The translations under genes were made by a program, and so were the position numbers. From Takakia lepidozioides (Eukaryota > Plantae > Bryophyta), in NCBI GenBank assembly GCA_030704615.1, contig CM060732.1, positions 79,360,001 through 79,424,000 of the forward strand: a stretch of 64,000 bases of DNA, given 5' to 3'. This document shows positions 59,001-64,000 of this stretch, one piece after another. The notes under the pieces were generated by a model. The model worked only from the letters and a program-made list of their open reading frames with translations, was not told where the DNA came from and did no database searches. How positions within the stretch are numbered: position 1 is the stretch's first letter; each line of letters begins with the position of its first letter.

Positions 59001-62000
59001 CCAAAATTACGGCAAGATCCCTGTCACCTAAGTATCCATATAAGTGTTGAGAAATCTCCATACTTACAATTAAAGGTAGCCAAAAAAAACAGTACTGAGA
59101 AGATCTGATCTGAGGTTGGAGGGATTTTCAGAAGAGAAAACCGGCAACAAACAGCAAAGAAAAGAAAAACAGAGACAATAAAAAAGGAAAAACGAAGAAA
59201 AAGAAGCAAGGATAAAATAGACACGGATACAATCAAAAAAACAAACACGGATTCAATTGACCCGTAAACTGAGATTGCAGTACAGGCTTGGTGACTGTCT
59301 CTCACCAATCCATGACCAAGTAGAACAACAACATGTATGGGAATGACAAGCCACCATCACTTGCCCACCGACTTCGTCAGCTCCCGACAATGGGTATAGG
59401 TTTATGCACAGAGCACAACCAACGTACTGAGTTTCTGTCACATATCTAGAAGTAACGGGAAAACTCAGTCATGTTGTTGGCTATCACCTAAAGAAAGTGC
59501 AAGGAAACAAGCCGAAGAAGGCTGAAAAAGTAAACACTTGAGGGGATAAGAAAGAAGAAGAAAAAGAAGAAAAAACAAAACAGAGAAGAGGAGGAAAACA
59601 TATAGGGGTAAGTAGACTCCCTGACAACAACTCATGAGCTAAAACAGGCAGCCTGGTACTAGAGCGCTTTTTCAGGCCAGGCAGTTGCACCTGAGCCGCC
59701 CAAATGAAGCTCATGCATTGGTGCAAGCACCAGATCAATGGGGATAAACCCTAGGGCAAGTGCCCTTATGTCGAGGCTCACACCATAGTAAGATGTCAGT
59801 GGTGACTTCGATATTGGTACTGTCTGTGTAAAGTCAATGCTCAATACAACTACAATCGGTACTTGCTAAGAGAATTTATGTCTCATATATAGCAATGTCT
59901 AAATGCCCTCCATTGATAGCTCCGCGAGCATGCCCCTAGCAACCAAATGTGTCAGAGAGGTTCAGATGTGGAAACCAAGGCCAGGTGATCACCTTACGGT
60001 AAATCTTCTCGATGTGTTTCTGAAGATTTCGCACCCCCGCCTCCCGGCAATAGGTCTCAATTAATGTGTGCAATGCCCCATCACTCACGTCCACCTGCAT
60101 GTAACAACCCTCATGGACAGAACTCAGCCTCAGAGTCTAATGTCTATCATCTCAATCTGTGTCTGCACCTTATTCGGGGCCCTCCTGTTCTTGTGTACAA
60201 GTGACCACCAAAAACATAACGTGAATTAGTAGATTAATGACAATTTCAATTCTTGTTTTGAAGACTCCCAGTCTGTGGCCTTCAGCTTTAAGGACCCAAA
60301 GTGTCTGGCAGCTCTACATGAGGCACTGTCTTTGGGTGACCTTTCATGTAGTGGAATATAAAAACATATGTTCCACTACGAGGTACTATATTTAACTACA
60401 TGTTGGATAACCAGTTTGACTGAATAGTGAATTATTGAGACATAACCCAGATAGTCACTATGTAGTAACTATTATCAACCAAGTTGATACACATGTACTG
60501 ACATGTCCTGGGATAATATACCGCATAGTGAAAACCAATGAAATATATAACCATAAATTCACTATGTAGTACTTATTTCAGCTATAAGTTGGTACCACAT
60601 TGTGAAACTTATTCACTAAGAAAATTTTGTTATTCATTCTTGCTCTAGTTGCCGTCCCTTCAGTCTCCAGTGGGACCACATGCAGGAGAAGAAAAGAGGG
60701 CCACCTGTTCAGGTTTGACCCCCGAGCCTTCACGGGCTGCCTTTTCCAAGTAATCACGAGCAATGTGCATTTTTTCATCTGTGATGTAGCCCACCAGGCG
60801 AATCACTTCCATCCGGTCTAGCAGTGGGCCAGGTATGTTCTCCACCAGATTTGCCGTACAGACAAATAGTACCTATCATGCCACCAATCATTGATCACTT
60901 CCATTTAACCCCCAGATGACGACCCCTCACTACACGACAATGACATTTACCCTCTGGTCTGCATCATTGGTGTAGACTTGCAAATGATTGGATGTGCTAG
61001 CCGAGTCAGAAGACAACTGGTCTCTATCAGACGAGGCAGGGTGTGAAGTCTGGAACAGATCACTAAAAGAATGGTCTTCGTCAGTATCAATATACTTCGA
61101 ATGAAAATACAAGAAACCATCTTTTTCTCAAAAAGAATAGGAATGAAGTAGACCTGAATACTTGTGACCTTCCATAGAGGATCCAGGACAATTGCTAACA
61201 GACAAAGTAGGGAGGAAAAGCTGAGGAAAAACCTTAGACAAATCAATCGGGACATCAAGATAATGATCCAAAAAGTTTGCGTTTTGTTCCGGGTCCAAGA
61301 GCTCCAGCAGAGCACTTGCCGGATCTCCTGCATGCCCGCGCCCCAGCTATATCCGCAATGGATGTATTTCAGCACAAATTAGTTGTCCACACAACATTCC
61401 ATGCTTCGGAACTGAGGACCCCAAGGGATAGCAATATTGATCACTACATCCACTGACCATATTCAAAAGAAATGTTCTCATAGATTGCATGTCAAGTGGT
61501 GGGCATCTGTAGGTTGCATTGCACACATAACATATAACAAGCATCTCAACGTGACTCACAACCCCAAGTCTCAGACAATGGTGATTCAACAGTATGGCCA
61601 CTCACAACAAGGTCCTGCCTTATATCCTAGCGCATCTCAAGATGCCAATTTTCTATTTGTATTAAAGGATTCAATTTAAATCTGAATGGAGCTTATTCAC
61701 ACAATTAAAGACACAAGAGGCTTGCCTCGAGTCTGAAATGTGGGATACCTTATCAATCTCGTCAATCAACACCAAAGGATTTGACGTGCCAGCAGATTTC
61801 AGACATTGCACCATCTTGCCAGGCATGGCCCCCACATACGTTCGCCGGTGCCCCTGCCATTGCCATCAGACTTAAAACTTAGGCCCCATATAGTTATGCA
61901 TATCTGCTGTGCATGGTATGTTGGAGCCACCATGTAAAGAATTAGGAAAAGTACTGAAGTGCCCTGCAGGTATAAGAAGGTAAGTAGCCGAGTATCAGCA

Positions 62001-63467
62001 TCTTAGGCCATAATAATAATGTAGTTTGAGACATCAAGACCCAAACCTTGATTTCCGCAACGTCACTGAGTCCTCCAACTGAGAACCGATAGAACTTGCG
62101 GTTGAGCGCATGAGCAATGGAGCGACCAATGCTGGTTTTGCCAACACCTGGGGGGCCTGCCAAACATATGATTTTTCCTGCCAACAAAACCACACCAGCT
62201 ATGAGAAGACATACGCAAGAATTTGAACTCTGAGGGAAGAATGGTGAAAATAAGGGAAGCACTACAGGAACAATGTGGTGGCTGAGAAAGAGGCTACCTT
62301 GAGCTGTTCCCCTGAGCCTTCCAACAGCAATAAACTCAAGGATGCGCTCTTTTACATCTGACAGACCGTAGTGCTCATCATCCAAAATCTTTTGCGCTTG
62401 ATAAACATCAAAATTCTCTTTGCTACCCACCCCCAAGAAACAACAGTCAACGACAAACCTCCATGCAAAACTGTAGGAATCACGTAATAAACTATGCCTT
62501 CACAGCTTGTGGAGTTAAGACACTGCACTGGAATAAGGAGATACACACTGTACTTCCATACGACCTCCCCACCCCTTCCAGTGATTACAGATGGAGAATA
62601 ACTGGTCTGGTCAAAATCCATCTGCACTTAGGGCTGGATGCCCCTGCATGAGACACTGGATGGAAAAGAATAATGCCATACCCCAGCAGGTAGTGCACTA
62701 AATCTGTTCCTCAAGATAGCAGATGTCTGCTCGGTTCTCCTGCTGAAGCAAAGGAGCTGAAATTTTCTAGCAGAGAAAATCCCAAAAACACATTGCTTTT
62801 GTGGATCATGTCAGATATCAACCCCATAAGATACGCGAGGCCTAACTTCTCAGAGAATCTTGCATGCCTATGTCACTGGAATATAATCATTAGAATAACA
62901 ACACCCTTGCAATGATCAGTCTGGGAAAAGGGTGCCAAACCTATACTGGCCCCAGGGGAGGGACGTGAGCCAATCGAGGTAGTTGCGAGTGACATTGAAC
63001 TCGCTGGAGCTCGCCTCCAAGCCCTGTAGCTTGTTCAATTCTTCATCAATCACTTGCAATACTTGTTTTGGACAATCCTTCCGCATCGGTTCCAACCTCT
63101 CCCGAAACTTTCCTGCTCCATTTGAAATGAGTTTGGTTTTTAATGCAAACACTATGGGCCTGCCCTACCCCAACAAACGTCTCTGGAGGCAGACAAGATT
63201 CCATACAAACTTTGTCCCTTAACTTTACCTGCACGAGGCCTTCACCCTTAGACAATCGCTAGAACATTAATTGTGGTTTCCGGATTTGTTCCTCTCTCAT
63301 GTTTTCTTCCATTTTGTCCCATAAGCTCTATGAGCTTTCCGCGGACGTTATAAAGCACCATTTCATTCCCTTATTGGCTTTACCTAAACTGCTAGAATAA
63401 ACATGATTCTGAAGATGAGAGTCTTACCAGTCAAAGCGGTCTTATCATCGGTCTCCAACCCCAGCTC
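56021..63467 (-). CDS. LON1: Lon protease, LON1/mitochondrial type, 5' part outside the window; exons 63467-63428, 63112-62941, 62422-62298, 62177-62047, 61853-61749, 61346-61233, 60872-60705, 60094-59993, 58878-58660, 57231-56578, 56251-56021
   Basis: [15 protein letters not shown], Walker [52 protein letters not shown] (catalytic Ser), VKEKT (catalytic Lys). No C-terminal SKL. Confidence 0.95.
58091..58492. mobile_element. PIF/Harbinger (Tourist)-like MITE in a Lon intron
   Basis: GGGCACCTTTCCATGTGACCCCCTCACCC and the inverted GGGTGAGGGGGTCACATGGAAAGAGGCCC, flanked by TTA / ATA. Confidence 0.75.
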
Positions 63468-64000
63468 CTGCACCATGCAACAAATTGGCCCCCTTATCAC
63501 CTAATCCTTTGTAGCTCCGACATAAGAATTGCATTCCAAGAGCATCCCCAACATCCGTTTGGCTGCCCTCCCAACTATCAGAAGCTTCCTGTAGTCATCT
63601 TACGGGGATCTGTGGTTATCTGAAAGGTTACCAGACAGATTCATGTACCACACATTCATGTGCACTGCGAATAGTGAATCAATTCCAGGACTTATGTCCC
63701 ATTATTTTCAGATACCAGAATCTTAAGTACCAATTTTGGACACCTTGGATCCCACAATCAACTCGAGGTTTTTTTTGCTGCTCTCTTTCTCGAGGAAACA
63801 AGAAGGGTTGAATTCAGACTTCAGATCCAAACAATGCTCTTTCACTGAGTCTGTGTGTGCCTCCTTGCATGTGAGAAAACATAGGAAACAGCGAAGGGCC
63901 ACATTTTTAATTGGGGGGTAGCGCAGGTGTATTGTTTGCATTTAGCTTGAAGGCATAGGAGGCCACTTTGCAATCTTTCAGTAGCGGTTGCTGACAACTG

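Noticed and set aside
59020-59860. Possible decayed LINE 3' end in a Lon intron
   Set aside because: Only weak Trp/Cys spacing and A-rich tracts; no confident motif or TSD.
61741-61748. GTATCC donor in Lon suggesting a U12 intron
   Set aside because: It reads GTATCCCA, not GTATCCTT, and I saw no clear U12 branch site.

Overview
Eukaryotic land-plant genomic DNA, most likely a moss or other bryophyte: the PKS N-terminus [10 protein letters not shown] resembles moss CHS-family enzymes, and spliceosomal GT-AG introns are present. The window holds a tandem array of five intact, intronless, near-identical type III polyketide synthase genes on the minus strand (195-49449). Their active-site residues depart from chalcone synthase in the way benzoyl-CoA-primed enzymes (biphenyl/benzophenone synthases) do, and their promoters are rich in W-boxes. 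About 1.7 kb upstream of the array is an HMG-CoA reductase with no visible N-terminal membrane anchor, followed by the 3' part of a LON1-type protease. Transposons break up the array. (1) A 12.7-kb Mutator-like element with long TIRs and a 9-bp TSD carries a SWIM transposase plus a convergent zinc-finger/Ulp1-protease cargo and is saturated with an AGACC/GGTCT motif, suggesting a VANDAL-like anti-silencing system. (2) A CRE-like non-LTR element encodes a restriction-like endonuclease (RLE). (3) A Ty3/gypsy element has a dUTPase-like domain between PR and RT and a nested CACTA insertion. MITEs, piggyBac-like and P-like remnants, and a patchwork of retroelement and PPR fragments make up the rest. 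All family comparisons are from memory and need alignment to confirm.
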